A stretch of DNA of 64,000 bases from Devosia sp. (lineage in GTDB: Bacteria; Pseudomonadota; Alphaproteobacteria; Rhizobiales; Devosiaceae), in contig JAVJRP010000014.1 of assembly GCA_040218355.1 (NCBI GenBank), positions 80,831 through 144,830 of the forward strand, given 5' to 3'. The number at the start of each line of letters is the position of its first letter. The first letter of the stretch is position 1. Below, in pieces: positions 1 to 10,456 of the stretch. Below the pieces are notes generated by a model. The model had not been told where the DNA came from and made no database searches. It saw only the letters and a list, made by a program, of their open reading frames with translations. A program made the translations under genes and the position numbers.

Positions 1-572
1 GTGATGTAATAGGGGCCCATGTCGAGCATGGGGCCACCGCCCAGGTCATAGTAGAAGGCCGGGTCGGGGTGCCAGCTTTCGTGGCCGGGGCATTGCATGA
101 AGGCGGTGCCGCCGACCAATTGCCCCAGCACGCCGCTATCGACCACGGCGCGGGCCTGTTGATGGGCGCCGCCGAGGAATGTATCTGGCGCCGAGCCGAT
201 GCGCAGGCCCGCCGCATTGGCGGCGTCGAGCAGCTTCCGGCCTTCGGCGAAGGTGATGCCGAGCGGCTTTTCGGAATAGACATGCTTGCCGGCGGCCAGG
301 CATTTGAGGCCGACATCCACATGGGCGCGCGGAATGGTCAGGTTGACCACCAGATCGATGCCGGGATCGGCGAGCATGTCGTCGACACTCATCGCCTTGA
401 GGCCGAACTCATCGGCGCGGGCCTGGGCGGCTTCGGGCCGCATGTCCGAGAGTGCCTTGACGTCGAGCACGCCGAAGCCCGGCAAACCGTCCTTGCCCAG
501 AATGGCCTTCAGATAGGCCGACGAAATATTGCCGGTACCGATAAAGCCGATACCGAGGCGCCTGGCGCTCAT
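1..572 (-). CDS. Gfo/Idh/MocA family oxidoreductase (runs off window start)
   Basis: Manual translation from ATG 572: MSARRLGIGFIGTGNIS... ending PGHESWHPDPAFYYDLGGGPMLDMGPYYI; GGAGGAG RBS upstream. Confidence 0.85.
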   Translation of the reverse strand, partial: MSARRLGIGFIGTGNISSAYLKAILGKDGLPGFGVLDVKALSDMRPEAAQARADEFGLKAMSVDDMLADPGIDLVVNLTIPRAHVDVGLKCLAAGKHVYSEKPLGITFAEGRKLLDAANAAGLRIGSAPDTFLGGAHQQARAVVDSGVLGQLVGGTAFMQCPGHESWHPDPAFYYDLGGGPMLDMGPYYI

Positions 573-777
573 CTGCGCACTCCTCCCAAAGCATGTCAGC
601 GTTTCAAGGAAACGCCGCGCTTGCTTCCCGTTGTTGATTTGTCGCGTTTTCTGGCCACTGAACCGTGGCGGAACGCTCCGGATGTACGTGCATCAGCCTA
701 GACCGGGCAGGGCGGAGTCGGGAAGTGGGGGCAGTGAAATTGTGAAATTTTTCTTCTGCGCGGGTCCTCGGGCGATT

Positions 778-2418
778 TTACCCCACTAGCACAGAGCGAT
801 CGCAGCGCACGCCATAGACGCGCACATCGGCTTCGCCCAGGCCCAGACCCAGGGCGGAGAGCGTGGCGTTGAGCGTGCTGTCGAGCAGGGGCGCCAGCGG
901 CGCGAGCAGGCTGCGCACCGTCTGGGCGATGAGGTGGGGCGGTGACAGGCCCAGCCCCAGCACGTTGACGGTGAGATCGAGCCCATCCAACAGGGAACCG
1001 GCGAGGGACGCCACCAGCGTTTCGGTGCGCGCCGTCCGCATGGTGCCTGCGGCAATGTCGGCTGAGGAAAAATCGAGCTGGACCGGGCTGGTCTGGGCCA
1101 GTTCGACCATGGCTGCGCCGGTGACGCGCAGCAGCAGGATATCGATCAGGCGCACCGGGGCGGCCGAAGGGGGCACGCCGAAATCGGCAAGGCTCGCATC
1201 GCTCATCTCCCCGATGCTCAAGCGCAGCACGCCGGGGCGCGTGGCGATGGTGGCGCTGCCATGTGGCGCACCGATGGTGGGACAGGTCGCCGCTTCTGCC
1301 CGTGCCTCGGCGGGCGCCAGATCGAGCCAGAGCGGGAGCTTGACGCCGGCGCCGAGCAAGGCCGGTCCGCCCAGCAATTCGGCCCTGAGGCGCAAGCGGG
1401 TCTGTGCGGTGCGCACGATGGTGCCCAATGGCCCGAGGGTGAACCAGCCGCCGCCCTGGGGTGGTTCGCCAATGGCCAGATCAAGTTGCAGCGACACCAG
1501 CCCCGGCACCGCAGCCCCGAGATTGAGCGAGACCTGGTTGTCGCCATCGCTGAGCACGGCGGCCGCCGAAAGCAGTTCGAGCACGGACAGGGACAGATCA
1601 GCCGCCCCGGCGCTGCCCAGATCCAGGCCACCCAGCCGGCCCAGATCGATCAGCTTGCCCAGTTCCACGTCGGCGCCGGTGCCGGCGGTGGAGAGCAGCA
1701 TCAGGGCGGATTGCGCGGTGCCATTGGTGAGCGCCGCCAGCGCGGCGGCAATATCCCCTGCCCCGGCCCTGGTGGCGAGCAGATCGTCATAGCTTCCAGC
1801 GGTGACGCCCAGTTCGGTAGCCAGGGCGTCGAGAAAATCCAGCGCACCGACACGGGCTGCGGCGAGCGCGGTGTAGTCGAGCACAGAGAGGGACAGTGTG
1901 GTGCCGAGCAGGCCCGACAGGATGGCATTGGCGAGGCCATTATTGAGGCTGGCGAGGCGCGAGCCGACCGAGAAGGACACTTCGGGGGTTGCCGCCGCAA
2001 TGCCGGATGCCTGGAGGGTGGGAACGGCGGCAAAGCTGGCCGCGAAATAAAGCCTGCCGGGCCGGTTGAGGGTGACCGAAACGGCATTATGCGGCGTCTG
2101 GTCGGGGGTGAAGCGATCGGCAATGTCCGGCTCGGTCGGGTCATAGCGGCCCGGAAGGACGGTCAGCCCATCCGTGCTGGCGGGGGCAAGGAGCCGCGCC
2201 TCCGCCAGCACGGATTGGGCGATCTCGGTGGCGCGGGAGGGATCGGCCGCCGCCGAGATGGCCGCCAGATCGACCCCGGCCTGCAGGACGCGACGCTCGT
2301 GATAGAGCGAGGCCGCATCCACCGCCAAGGCCGACACCATGGCGGAAACAGCAAAGCCGAAGGCGAAGAGCACGGCCATATTGCCACGCTCATCACGGCG
2401 GAACTGAGACCCGGTCAC
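778..2418 (-). CDS. TadG-like Flp pilus assembly protein
   Basis: N-terminal DERGNMAVLFA pseudopilin-like segment, ERRVLQAGVDLAA motif, 546 aa; 4-nt overlap with TadE gene. Confidence 0.75.
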   Translation of the reverse strand: MTGSQFRRDERGNMAVLFAFGFAVSAMVSALAVDAASLYHERRVLQAGVDLAAISAAADPSRATEIAQSVLAEARLLAPASTDGLTVLPGRYDPTEPDIADRFTPDQTPHNAVSVTLNRPGRLYFAASFAAVPTLQASGIAAATPEVSFSVGSRLASLNNGLANAILSGLLGTTLSLSVLDYTALAAARVGALDFLDALATELGVTAGSYDDLLATRAGAGDIAAALAALTNGTAQSALMLLSTAGTGADVELGKLIDLGRLGGLDLGSAGAADLSLSVLELLSAAAVLSDGDNQVSLNLGAAVPGLVSLQLDLAIGEPPQGGGWFTLGPLGTIVRTAQTRLRLRAELLGGPALLGAGVKLPLWLDLAPAEARAEAATCPTIGAPHGSATIATRPGVLRLSIGEMSDASLADFGVPPSAAPVRLIDILLLRVTGAAMVELAQTSPVQLDFSSADIAAGTMRTARTETLVASLAGSLLDGLDLTVNVLGLGLSPPHLIAQTVRSLLAPLAPLLDSTLNATLSALGLGLGEADVRVYGVRCDRSVLVG

Positions 2419-2843
2419 AAGCCACCCCGCCGGATGGTCGCGCCATGGGCAATGGTCTTGCCTGGCAGCGGCAGGGGTGGATAGAGATTCCAGATCGGCA
2501 GATCGGTCGCGTCATAGCTCAGACGCACGACATATTGGGCAGGATCGGCAGGACTGTCGCCGATGGTGTGCGTGAGGCGGGCCGGATTGAGCAGCGGATA
2601 ATCGCCCGCATTCTGCGCCAGATAGGTAGCAACCAGGCTGTTGCGCTCGGCCTGGCTGAGGCCGGCAATGGCGGTGCGCGCCGCATCGGCGGCCAATTGC
2701 TGGACGGAATGGGCGGCACCGAAATAGATGCCATAGGCCAGCATGCCGGTGAGCAGCAGCAGGAACACCGGCGTGAGTATGGCAAATTCGATGGCGGCCG
2801 TGCCACACCGATCATTGAGCAGACTTGCGCCGGGCCTTCGCAT
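2415..2843 (-). CDS. TadE/TadG family pilus assembly protein
   Basis: GTAAIEFAILTPVFLLLL TadE motif. Confidence 0.85.
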   Translation of the reverse strand: MRRPGASLLNDRCGTAAIEFAILTPVFLLLLTGMLAYGIYFGAAHSVQQLAADAARTAIAGLSQAERNSLVATYLAQNAGDYPLLNPARLTHTIGDSPADPAQYVVRLSYDATDLPIWNLYPPLPLPGKTIAHGATIRRGGL

Positions 2844-2992
2844 TCGTGCCTCCCAAGGCGAATGAGCGGGTTGGCAACAGCATGGACCGGACCGCCACAG
2901 GGGGCGGTAAAGCGCGGTATTGGTAGAATTGCGGGCCGAGTAGGTGACTTTCCTTGTCCGAATGAACCGGCTAGGAGAGAACCGATTTCAGG

Positions 2993-3820
2993 ATGCCGCA
3001 CTTGACCAGCCGCAATTACCTTTTTGCCCAGAATGCAGACGATGTTGCGTTGACGCGGTTCATCGCCCTGGCGGGGTCGGCGACGGGCTTTCTCAAGGGG
3101 GCGCCGGGCGGGCCCTTGCCGGGGTGGCATAGTCCGGGCCAGGACAACAGGGCGTTCCTGGAGGGGCTGTATGAACGGCTGGCAGTGAGCTATCCGGAGG
3201 CCGGGCAACCGTTTCACGCGGTGCGGCTGTGGACCAATCTGATGTGGCAGCCGGCATACCTCTCGGTCATCGCGGTGCATCTGCATGGCGCCCTGCCGGC
3301 GGTGACGACGCTGGCGCAGGCGCGGCAGAATCTCGACGTCAATGGCTATCGCCTGGCCGCGGGACCGCAGATGGAGGGCAGTACGGAAGAATTGATCGCC
3401 AGGGCGGGCCGCGATCTGCGCGCGATGGGGGATAGCGTGCTGGACGAAATCAATGCGGTGACCAAGCTCAAGCAGACCCCGGCGCTGCGCCTGTTGGCCG
3501 ACCGGATGCTGGGGCTGATGGTGCGGCTGAAACACTTCCGGCCCGAAATCAGCATGGCGGAGCAATATCGCCATTGCGATCTGTGGCTATCGGCGATGGG
3601 GCTGGAGGGACAGGGCGGGCTGGAAACGCTCGATCTGCCCAATGGGCAGCAGGTTGCCATCATGGCGCGCAAGGGGTGTTGCCTCGACTATCTGGCCTTT
3701 CCCGAGCGCTACTGCGCCTCGTGCCCCAAGCTCAGTTATGATGAGCGGCGCAATCGCGAGCGCACCAATATCATGGCTGAGCTTGCGGTTCAGGCTCAGT
3801 CGAACGTCTCGTCGGCATAG
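2993..3820 (+). CDS. FhuF-like siderophore ferric iron reductase (2Fe-2S)
   Basis: C-terminal CC-x10-C-x2-C (CCLDYLAFPERYCASC). Confidence 0.75.
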   Translation: MPHLTSRNYLFAQNADDVALTRFIALAGSATGFLKGAPGGPLPGWHSPGQDNRAFLEGLYERLAVSYPEAGQPFHAVRLWTNLMWQPAYLSVIAVHLHGALPAVTTLAQARQNLDVNGYRLAAGPQMEGSTEELIARAGRDLRAMGDSVLDEINAVTKLKQTPALRLLADRMLGLMVRLKHFRPEISMAEQYRHCDLWLSAMGLEGQGGLETLDLPNGQQVAIMARKGCCLDYLAFPERYCASCPKLSYDERRNRERTNIMAELAVQAQSNVSSA

Positions 3821-4350
3821 ACACCCCAGAGCTCGGCCTGCTGCACCCAGCCCGAATAGGCCTGACGCTCGCCCGGCTGGCCGGCTGAAACATTGCACCA
3901 GGTGCCATCGCATTCGCTGATCGAGACCCGGACGCCAGGGGCGAGACGGGCCCGCACCGCTGCATCGGCGGATTGGCCGGTATGCATCTGCACCTCGCCA
4001 TTGGCCAGCAGAGGCGTGGCGTAGCCGGCGCGATTGCCAGACAGCAGGCTCTGATGCACCCAGCCCTCGTCGCCTTCGACATCGCGGATCTTACGCCAGG
4101 TATCAAATTCCTGGATAATCTCCACCGGCACGCCGGAGACGGTGTAGTTCCAGGCGATTTCATAGCGCGTGCCGGGGCCGACACGGACATTGATCGGATG
4201 CGAGCGGGTCGTGACGAAACGCGGCAGCGGCAGGCCGCTGGGATTGTCCTGCGCCTGGGTGGCAGGCGTGGCGATGGCAGCGGCGCACAGAGCCACGAGA
4301 ATGGCGAATACAGTGCGCAGGCGGGCCGGCAGAGCTGGCAAGAACAACAT
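3796..4350 (-). CDS. Secreted tandem bacterial SH3-domain protein
   Basis: Signal peptide, SGLPLPRFV...NVRVGPG...WRKIRD.EGDEGWVHQSLLSG; start approximate. Confidence 0.85.
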   Translation of the reverse strand: MLFLPALPARLRTVFAILVALCAAAIATPATQAQDNPSGLPLPRFVTTRSHPINVRVGPGTRYEIAWNYTVSGVPVEIIQEFDTWRKIRDVEGDEGWVHQSLLSGNRAGYATPLLANGEVQMHTGQSADAAVRARLAPGVRVSISECDGTWCNVSAGQPGERQAYSGWVQQAELWGVYADETFD

Positions 4351-4455
4351 CACTTTGCAGACGGGTTTGATTTGCCCTATCACTAGCGCGATATCCTTAA
4401 TGGTCGCTGAAGGCGACATTTGCGCCGGTGACCAACCGGCCCCTCATTGGTGCGC

Positions 4456-5475
4456 ATGACATCGAGCAAACCCAAGATCCTGGTGACCAGACGGCTGCCC
4501 GCGAGCATTGAAGCGCGCATGGCGACCCTGTTCGAAACCGATGTCAATGACGCCGATCTGGCCCTGAGCGGAGACGACATCCTGGCCGGACTCGCGGGCA
4601 AGGATGTGCTGGTCTCGACCATTACCGACCATATCGACGCGGCGCTGATTGGCCGGTTGCCGCCCAGCGTGCGGCTGATCGCCCAGTTCGGCAATGGGGT
4701 GGACAATATCGACCTCGACGCGGCCTGGGCCGCCGGCCTGACCGTGACCAATACCCCTTCGGTGTTGACCGAGGACACCGCCGACATGGCCACGGCGCTG
4801 ATGCTGGCGCTGCCGCGCCGGCTGGTGGAGGGCACGCAGATGCTGTTGCGGGACCGGGCCTGGGCGGGATGGTCGCCCACCTCGATGCTGGGGCACCGGC
4901 TGCGCGGCAAGGCGCTGGGCATTGTGGGCATGGGCCGGATTGGCACGGCGGTGGCGAGCCGCGCCCGGGCCTTTGGCCTCAATATCCACTACTACTCGCG
5001 CAATCGCCGCCCACCGGCCATCGAGCAACCGCTCGAGGCGCGCTATTGGGACGATCTGGACGCCATGCTGGCCGAAGTGGATATCGTTTCGCTGCATACC
5101 CCGCTGACCCGCGACACGCATCATATCCTGTCTGCTGCGCGGCTCGACCGGATGAGGCCGGGCGCTTATCTGATCAATGTCAGCCGCCCCGAACTGCTCG
5201 AAGAGACCGCTCTGATCGAGCGGCTGGAAAGCGGGCATCTGTCTGGCGCGGCGCTCGATGTGTTCGAGAACCGCCCCGGCATCAATCCGCGCCTCTTGGC
5301 TCTGGCCGAGACGAACCGGGTGGTGCTGACCGCCCATATGGCGTCGGCAACGCTGGAAGCGCGGGTCGAGATGGGGGAGGCGGTGATTGTCAATATCCGC
5401 ACCTTCATGGACGGGCACCAGCCACCGCACCGGCTGTTGCCCGAAGGCCCCCTGCCCCGCGCCGCGCGCGGCTGA
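4456..5475 (+). CDS. D-2-hydroxyacid dehydrogenase (glyoxylate reductase/D-glycerate dehydrogenase type)
   Basis: GNGVDNID, NTPSVLTEDTAD, GIVGMGRIG, AALDVFE motifs. Confidence 0.9.
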   Translation: MTSSKPKILVTRRLPASIEARMATLFETDVNDADLALSGDDILAGLAGKDVLVSTITDHIDAALIGRLPPSVRLIAQFGNGVDNIDLDAAWAAGLTVTNTPSVLTEDTADMATALMLALPRRLVEGTQMLLRDRAWAGWSPTSMLGHRLRGKALGIVGMGRIGTAVASRARAFGLNIHYYSRNRRPPAIEQPLEARYWDDLDAMLAEVDIVSLHTPLTRDTHHILSAARLDRMRPGAYLINVSRPELLEETALIERLESGHLSGAALDVFENRPGINPRLLALAETNRVVLTAHMASATLEARVEMGEAVIVNIRTFMDGHQPPHRLLPEGPLPRAARG

Positions 5476-5626
5476 GTGTTGCAGCATTTCCCCAATCGGC
5501 CGACCAACTGGACCGCGATCCTGTCGCGCGCTTGCGTGGCGGCGCCCTGCCCCCTAATCGTCACATTGTCGGGGGCGTGGGGCGCGTCCGGGCGACGAGC
5601 GTTTTTCCGGGTGTCAGGAGTGGCCC

Positions 5627-6286
5627 GTGCCTTGGACGAATAAAGCGGCAATTCTGGCGGCTGGCCTGATGATGCTTCCTGCCCCGGTGCTGGCGCAGAG
5701 TGCGCTGCCCTTCACGCAGGACGAGGGACGCCTGGTGCTCGATGTGCTGGGGCAGCGCCTGACCATGCCGCCGCCGGACTGGGTGGCTGCGGACGCTGAT
5801 CTGTCGGCCATATCCGAGCGGGTTTCGACCCGGTTCTTCGAAGATGGCGGACAGGCGCAGCTCACGATCTACAAGCGCGGCGAGGGCGAGGCCTTCTGGT
5901 CCAGCCTTTATGGCGCCCGCATCAGCACTGAGACCGAAATGGACCTGGCCGAGTTCCGGTCGCGGGTGGTCAATGTCTATGCCCAATCCTGCGATCCGGA
6001 CACGGTGGCGCTGTTCCAGCTCGAGCCCGATGCGGAGGATGCGCTGCCGCCGCTGGGCTATGTGTGCGGCGCCTATCTCGATGCCTTCACCGATTTTGCC
6101 GGACAGGGCGAAGTGATGGTGATGGGGTTCTACAAATCCGAGGCGGGGCTGGGCCTGGTGTTTCAGGAATGGCGCGGCGAAGCATTCGACGCCGGCACGC
6201 CGGCAAGCTGGCCGGTGCCCGCCGAAACGGTGGAAGCGCGCATGGCCCAGTTCAAGTCCGAGGTCTCGCTGACGCTTCTGGATTGA
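5627..6286 (+). CDS. Hypothetical secreted protein
   Basis: AGGAG RBS before GTG, signal peptide ending VLA-Q, acidic 219 aa with two Cys. Confidence 0.65.
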   Translation: MPWTNKAAILAAGLMMLPAPVLAQSALPFTQDEGRLVLDVLGQRLTMPPPDWVAADADLSAISERVSTRFFEDGGQAQLTIYKRGEGEAFWSSLYGARISTETEMDLAEFRSRVVNVYAQSCDPDTVALFQLEPDAEDALPPLGYVCGAYLDAFTDFAGQGEVMVMGFYKSEAGLGLVFQEWRGEAFDAGTPASWPVPAETVEARMAQFKSEVSLTLLD

Positions 6287-6319
6287 CGGCGCCCCTGGGA
6301 GAGCCTAAGCCGCTTGCCC

Positions 6320-6733
6320 ATGAAAAAAGACCAAAAACCCGCTGGCCCGAGCCAGCGCATGCTGCGCGTCGGGGAACTGGTGCGCCATGCCCTGGCCGGG
6401 CTGTTTGCCCGCGGCGATATCGAGGACGAGGCCCTTGCCGGCGCGGTCGTGACCGTGCCCGAAGTGCGCATGACGCCGGATCTCAAGATCGCCAATGCCT
6501 ATGTGATGCCGCTGGGCGGCACGCATGCCGAGGAGATCGTGGCGGCGCTCAACCGGCACCGCAAGTTCATCCGTGGCCGGGTGGCCCCGCAGATCGACCT
6601 CAAATATGCCCCGGAAATCCGTTTCTTCGTGGACGAAACCTTCGAGGAAGCCGGCCGGATCGATGCGCTGCTGCGCTCGGACCGGGTCAAGCGCGACCTC
6701 GACGACGATAGCGACGACAGCCAAGAAGACTGA
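6320..6733 (+). CDS. rbfA: 30S ribosome-binding factor RbfA
   Basis: [32 protein letters not shown]. Confidence 0.95.
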   Translation: MKKDQKPAGPSQRMLRVGELVRHALAGLFARGDIEDEALAGAVVTVPEVRMTPDLKIANAYVMPLGGTHAEEIVAALNRHRKFIRGRVAPQIDLKYAPEIRFFVDETFEEAGRIDALLRSDRVKRDLDDDSDDSQED

Positions 6734-6735
6734 GT

Positions 6736-7644
6736 TTGAACCAGCCAAAGTCCAAGAAGCGCGCCATCTCAGGATGGGTCGTGCTCAACAAGCCACATGA
6801 CGTCACCTCCACCCAGGCGGTGGGCAAGGTGCGCTGGCTGCTGAACGCCGCCAAGGCGGGCCATGCCGGCACGCTCGACCCGCTGGCCACCGGCATATTG
6901 CCCATCGCCCTGGGCGAAGCCACCAAGGCGGTGCCGCAGGTGCAGGACGGGATCAAGATCTATCGGTTCACCATCGGCTGGGGCAAAGCCACCAGCACCG
7001 ACGACACCGAGGGGGAGGTGATCGCCACCTCCGACGTACGACCCGAACAGGGGGCGCTTGAGGCGGTGCTGCCGCGCTTTATTGGCACTATTCTGCAGCG
7101 GCCACCGGCCTTTTCGGCGATCAAGGTGGATGGCGAGCGCGCCTATGATCTGGCGCGGGCCGGCGAAAAAGTGGAACTGGCCGAACGGCCAATCGATATC
7201 GACGCGATCGAGCTGGTTTCGCATGGGCCTGAGGAAACCGTGCTGGAGGTGACCTGTGGCAAGGGCACCTATGTACGGGCGCTGGCGCGCGATATTGCCG
7301 AGGCGCTGGGGACGGTGGGGCATGTGACCAAGCTGCACCGCGCCGCGGTCGGTCCGTTCACCGATGAAGACGCGGTGAGCATTGAAGAGCTTGAAGCCGC
7401 CGAAGCCGGGGCGGCGCGCGATGGCCTGCTGCTGCCGGTTTCGGCCGGCCTTGAGGATATCGCGGAAATCCGGCTCGATGCCGGGCAGGCCAAGGCGGTG
7501 GGGCACGGCAATCCGGTGCTGCTGACCGGGGCCAGTGCACCGGTGTCGATGGACGAGTGCTGGGTGAGCTTCAAGGGCAAGGTGCTGGCCACCGGCCATG
7601 TGGAATTCGGCCAGTTCAAGCCGGGCCGGGTGTTCAATCTTTAG
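6736..7644 (+). CDS. truB: tRNA pseudouridine(55) synthase TruB
   Basis: KAGHAGTLDPLATG, FSAIKVDGERAYDLAR, CGKGTYVR; TTG start. Confidence 0.95.
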   Translation: MNQPKSKKRAISGWVVLNKPHDVTSTQAVGKVRWLLNAAKAGHAGTLDPLATGILPIALGEATKAVPQVQDGIKIYRFTIGWGKATSTDDTEGEVIATSDVRPEQGALEAVLPRFIGTILQRPPAFSAIKVDGERAYDLARAGEKVELAERPIDIDAIELVSHGPEETVLEVTCGKGTYVRALARDIAEALGTVGHVTKLHRAAVGPFTDEDAVSIEELEAAEAGAARDGLLLPVSAGLEDIAEIRLDAGQAKAVGHGNPVLLTGASAPVSMDECWVSFKGKVLATGHVEFGQFKPGRVFNL

Positions 7645-8767
7645 GGCGTAGCCGCCCGGCCATGGCAAAGGTCAGCACGAGCAAGGGTATGAGCATGGCG
7701 AAGGCCATGCGCACGCCAAAGCCCTGGGCGACACTGCCGATGAGGACCGGGGCGCCCAGATTGACCAGCTGGAAGATCAGGGTCGTTGCCGCCACGTTCT
7801 GGCTGGCAGGTCGATCGCCCAACCGCGCGGCTGCAGACAGCGTGAGCGGAAAGAGCACGCAGATGCCGATGCCCACGGCCAGGAAGCCGGCCAAGGCCAG
7901 ATAGGCATTGGGAGCCAGGACGATGGCCAGCATGCCCAGTACGGCCAAGGCAGAAAGGCTGCGCGCCACGCGTACCGGCCCGAAGCGGTCGATGATGCGG
8001 TCGGCGACAAGACGTCCGCCGGCCATGGCAAAGAGCAGGGCCGGCAGGGCGAGCGACTCGACAAAGGGCGCCACATCGAATGTGTCGCGCAGATAAATGA
8101 TTGACCAGGCGCGCGAGGCTCCTTCGGTCAGCCCGGCGCCCAGACCGAAGGCCACCAGACCCATGGTGGCCCAGGTCGGCCAGGCCAGCTTTTTCACCGT
8201 GCCGCCGGCATGGGGACGTGGCGGCATGTTGGGCATGGGCAGGACGACAAAGACGATCAGCCCGATCAGCAGCGGCACCAGCGCCCAGAGATGAATGGCC
8301 GGCGTGACATCCAGGCCGCGCAGCGCGGCGCCAAGCAGGGAGGTGAGCAGGAAGCCGACGCTCCAGGCGCCATGACAGGTATTCATTACCCGGGCGGAGG
8401 TGGCCGCCTCGACCCGATCGGCCTCGACATTCATGGCAATATTGGTGAGCGAAAAGCCGACGCCGTTGAGCGCGAGCAGCACGAACAGGGCAATCGGGTT
8501 GAGCAGCACTGTGGCCAGAGCGGCGGTGATGACCACGCTTGGCAGCAGCCAGAGGATCATGCGGCGCGGCCCGAAGCGCTCGACGATGGCGCTGGAAAAC
8601 AGGAACATCGAAAGCGCGCCCAACGGCTGGCCGATCAGCACGAGGCCGAGCTGGCCTTCGCTGAGGCCGATCAACTCCTGCAGGTCCGGAATGCGGGTGT
8701 GGATGGCGCCGGCGGCCAGGGCATGGGTGAAGAACAGCGCGATAATGCGCCAATGGGTGGAAAGCAT
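7634..8767 (-). CDS. MFS transporter
   Basis: About 12 hydrophobic segments, DRIIDRFGP motif A. Confidence 0.85.
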   Translation of the reverse strand: MLSTHWRIIALFFTHALAAGAIHTRIPDLQELIGLSEGQLGLVLIGQPLGALSMFLFSSAIVERFGPRRMILWLLPSVVITAALATVLLNPIALFVLLALNGVGFSLTNIAMNVEADRVEAATSARVMNTCHGAWSVGFLLTSLLGAALRGLDVTPAIHLWALVPLLIGLIVFVVLPMPNMPPRPHAGGTVKKLAWPTWATMGLVAFGLGAGLTEGASRAWSIIYLRDTFDVAPFVESLALPALLFAMAGGRLVADRIIDRFGPVRVARSLSALAVLGMLAIVLAPNAYLALAGFLAVGIGICVLFPLTLSAAARLGDRPASQNVAATTLIFQLVNLGAPVLIGSVAQGFGVRMAFAMLIPLLVLTFAMAGRLRPKD

Positions 8768-8805
8768 TGTGCGTCAATACTTTGGAATGGCGTTGAAGGG
8801 AAGGC

Positions 8806-9270
8806 TCAGGCGGTGGGGCCAGGGTCCATCAAGGCGTGGATACGGTCGGCGCCCATGCGGGCGAGCTTGAGCATGAGCGCCTTGCGGCGGGCGGGGGCGA
8901 GTGGGGTGTCGGGACTGTCGCGCAGGATGGCGCCATCATGGCCATCGGCGACGATCAGCCCTTCCGTATCGGGGAAAATTTCGCCGTCCAGCTCGGGCGG
9001 CTTGGCGAAAAAGAAGCGGTCGGAAAATTCGCGATATTCTGGCCATTTGCGGTCGACCTGGAAGTCGATGAGGCTGGACTTGATCTCGATGATCCAGATC
9101 TCCCCCTTGGGGCCGACGGCCAGCACATCGGCGCGGCGGCCATTGGCCAGCGGCACTTCGGCGTAGCAGGCCATGTCGTGCCGCTCGCGCAGCATGCGCA
9201 TGACCCCGCGCTGGACGCGCAGCGCGGTCGCCGATTGGCGCAGGTCAACGATTGGCGGCAGATCAGCCAT
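8806..9270 (-). CDS. mmcB: MmcB family DNA-repair endonuclease
   Basis: EVPLANGRRAD...IIEIKSS..DF..DRKW.EY PD-(D/E)xK pattern. Confidence 0.85.
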   Translation of the reverse strand: MADLPPIVDLRQSATALRVQRGVMRMLRERHDMACYAEVPLANGRRADVLAVGPKGEIWIIEIKSSLIDFQVDRKWPEYREFSDRFFFAKPPELDGEIFPDTEGLIVADGHDGAILRDSPDTPLAPARRKALMLKLARMGADRIHALMDPGPTA

Positions 9271-10456
9271 TGGGTCCGAGCGGTTCGGGCGGCATGCCCA
9301 AGGGAGTTTCCACCTTTTTGGTGCCCAGCGCAAAGCTGGAGGCCCAAAGCCCGGCCAGCAGCAAGGGCAGGCAGACCAGATAGGAGGCGCGGATATTGAC
9401 CAACTCGGCCACGAAGCCGAGGAGGGGCGGCGCCAGGAAAAACACCACGACGCTGACCTGACCAATGGCCGCGACATTGACGGCGGCCGGTCGATCCGTG
9501 CGCTGCGCCGCGGCCGAGACGGCCAATGGATAAACCGCCGAACAGCCCGCGCCCATCAGCGCGAATCCGGCCAGCGCCAGTTCGGGCCCCGGCGCGATGC
9601 CGACCAACAGGGCGCCCAGGCTGGCGGAGCCGAGCATGATCATGGCGACATTGCGCGGCCCGAAGCGGGTCACAAACGGATCGGCGGTCAATCGCAGCAG
9701 GGCCATGAAGAAAGCGAACAGGGTCAGGCTCATGCCCCCGACAATGGGTTCGACGGCAAAGACATCGCGCATATAGATGGCCGACCAGTCGATGCCGGCC
9801 CCTTCCACCAGAAAAGCGGCAAAGCCGATCAGGCAGAGCGGCAGCAGGCCCAGATTGGGGAAGGCAAACCGATGACCGGCCGCTTCGGTCTGGCTGCGGG
9901 CCGTTTTGGGGGTGTTGGTCGCGCCGTAGATCAGATAGCCGCCGACCAGCACGATAATGGTTGCGACGAGCGCCAGATGCAGCCCCGCCGACAGGCCCGA
10001 CTGGCGGATCACGGCGCCGAACAGAGCGGTGAAGAAGAAGCCGACACTCCAGAAGCCATGTGCGCGGTTCATGTAGCGCTTGCCGGTCAACGTCTCGAGC
10101 CGGTCGATTTCCACATTGAGATTGATCTCGAGCGCACCGGCCAGCAGGCCGACCACGAGCAGAACCACAAAAACCGCCGGCGCGGTCGGCAACCAGGGGA
10201 TGATGGCAAACAGAATGGCTGGGCCAAGAGTGCTGAAAAAGGCGGTGGTGCGGAAACCCAGCTTTTCGACAAGCGGGGCGCCGGCCGTCAGGGAGATCAG
10301 CGAACCGATGGCCATGCCGATCATGGTCAGGCCCAACTGGCCCTCGCTGACACCGAGATGGGTCTGCAGTTCGGGCAGGCGGGACATCAGCGCGCCGGTG
10401 GCGACGGCGAAGAAGAAAAAGCAGGCGTAGATGCGGTGCTGGGGGGCAATGGTCAC
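9263..10456 (-). CDS. MFS transporter
   Basis: Paralogue of neighbours (EGAGIDWSAIYMR); GTG start overlapping upstream stop. Confidence 0.85.
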   Translation of the reverse strand: MTIAPQHRIYACFFFFAVATGALMSRLPELQTHLGVSEGQLGLTMIGMAIGSLISLTAGAPLVEKLGFRTTAFFSTLGPAILFAIIPWLPTAPAVFVVLLVVGLLAGALEINLNVEIDRLETLTGKRYMNRAHGFWSVGFFFTALFGAVIRQSGLSAGLHLALVATIIVLVGGYLIYGATNTPKTARSQTEAAGHRFAFPNLGLLPLCLIGFAAFLVEGAGIDWSAIYMRDVFAVEPIVGGMSLTLFAFFMALLRLTADPFVTRFGPRNVAMIMLGSASLGALLVGIAPGPELALAGFALMGAGCSAVYPLAVSAAAQRTDRPAAVNVAAIGQVSVVVFFLAPPLLGFVAELVNIRASYLVCLPLLLAGLWASSFALGTKKVETPLGMPPEPLGPNG

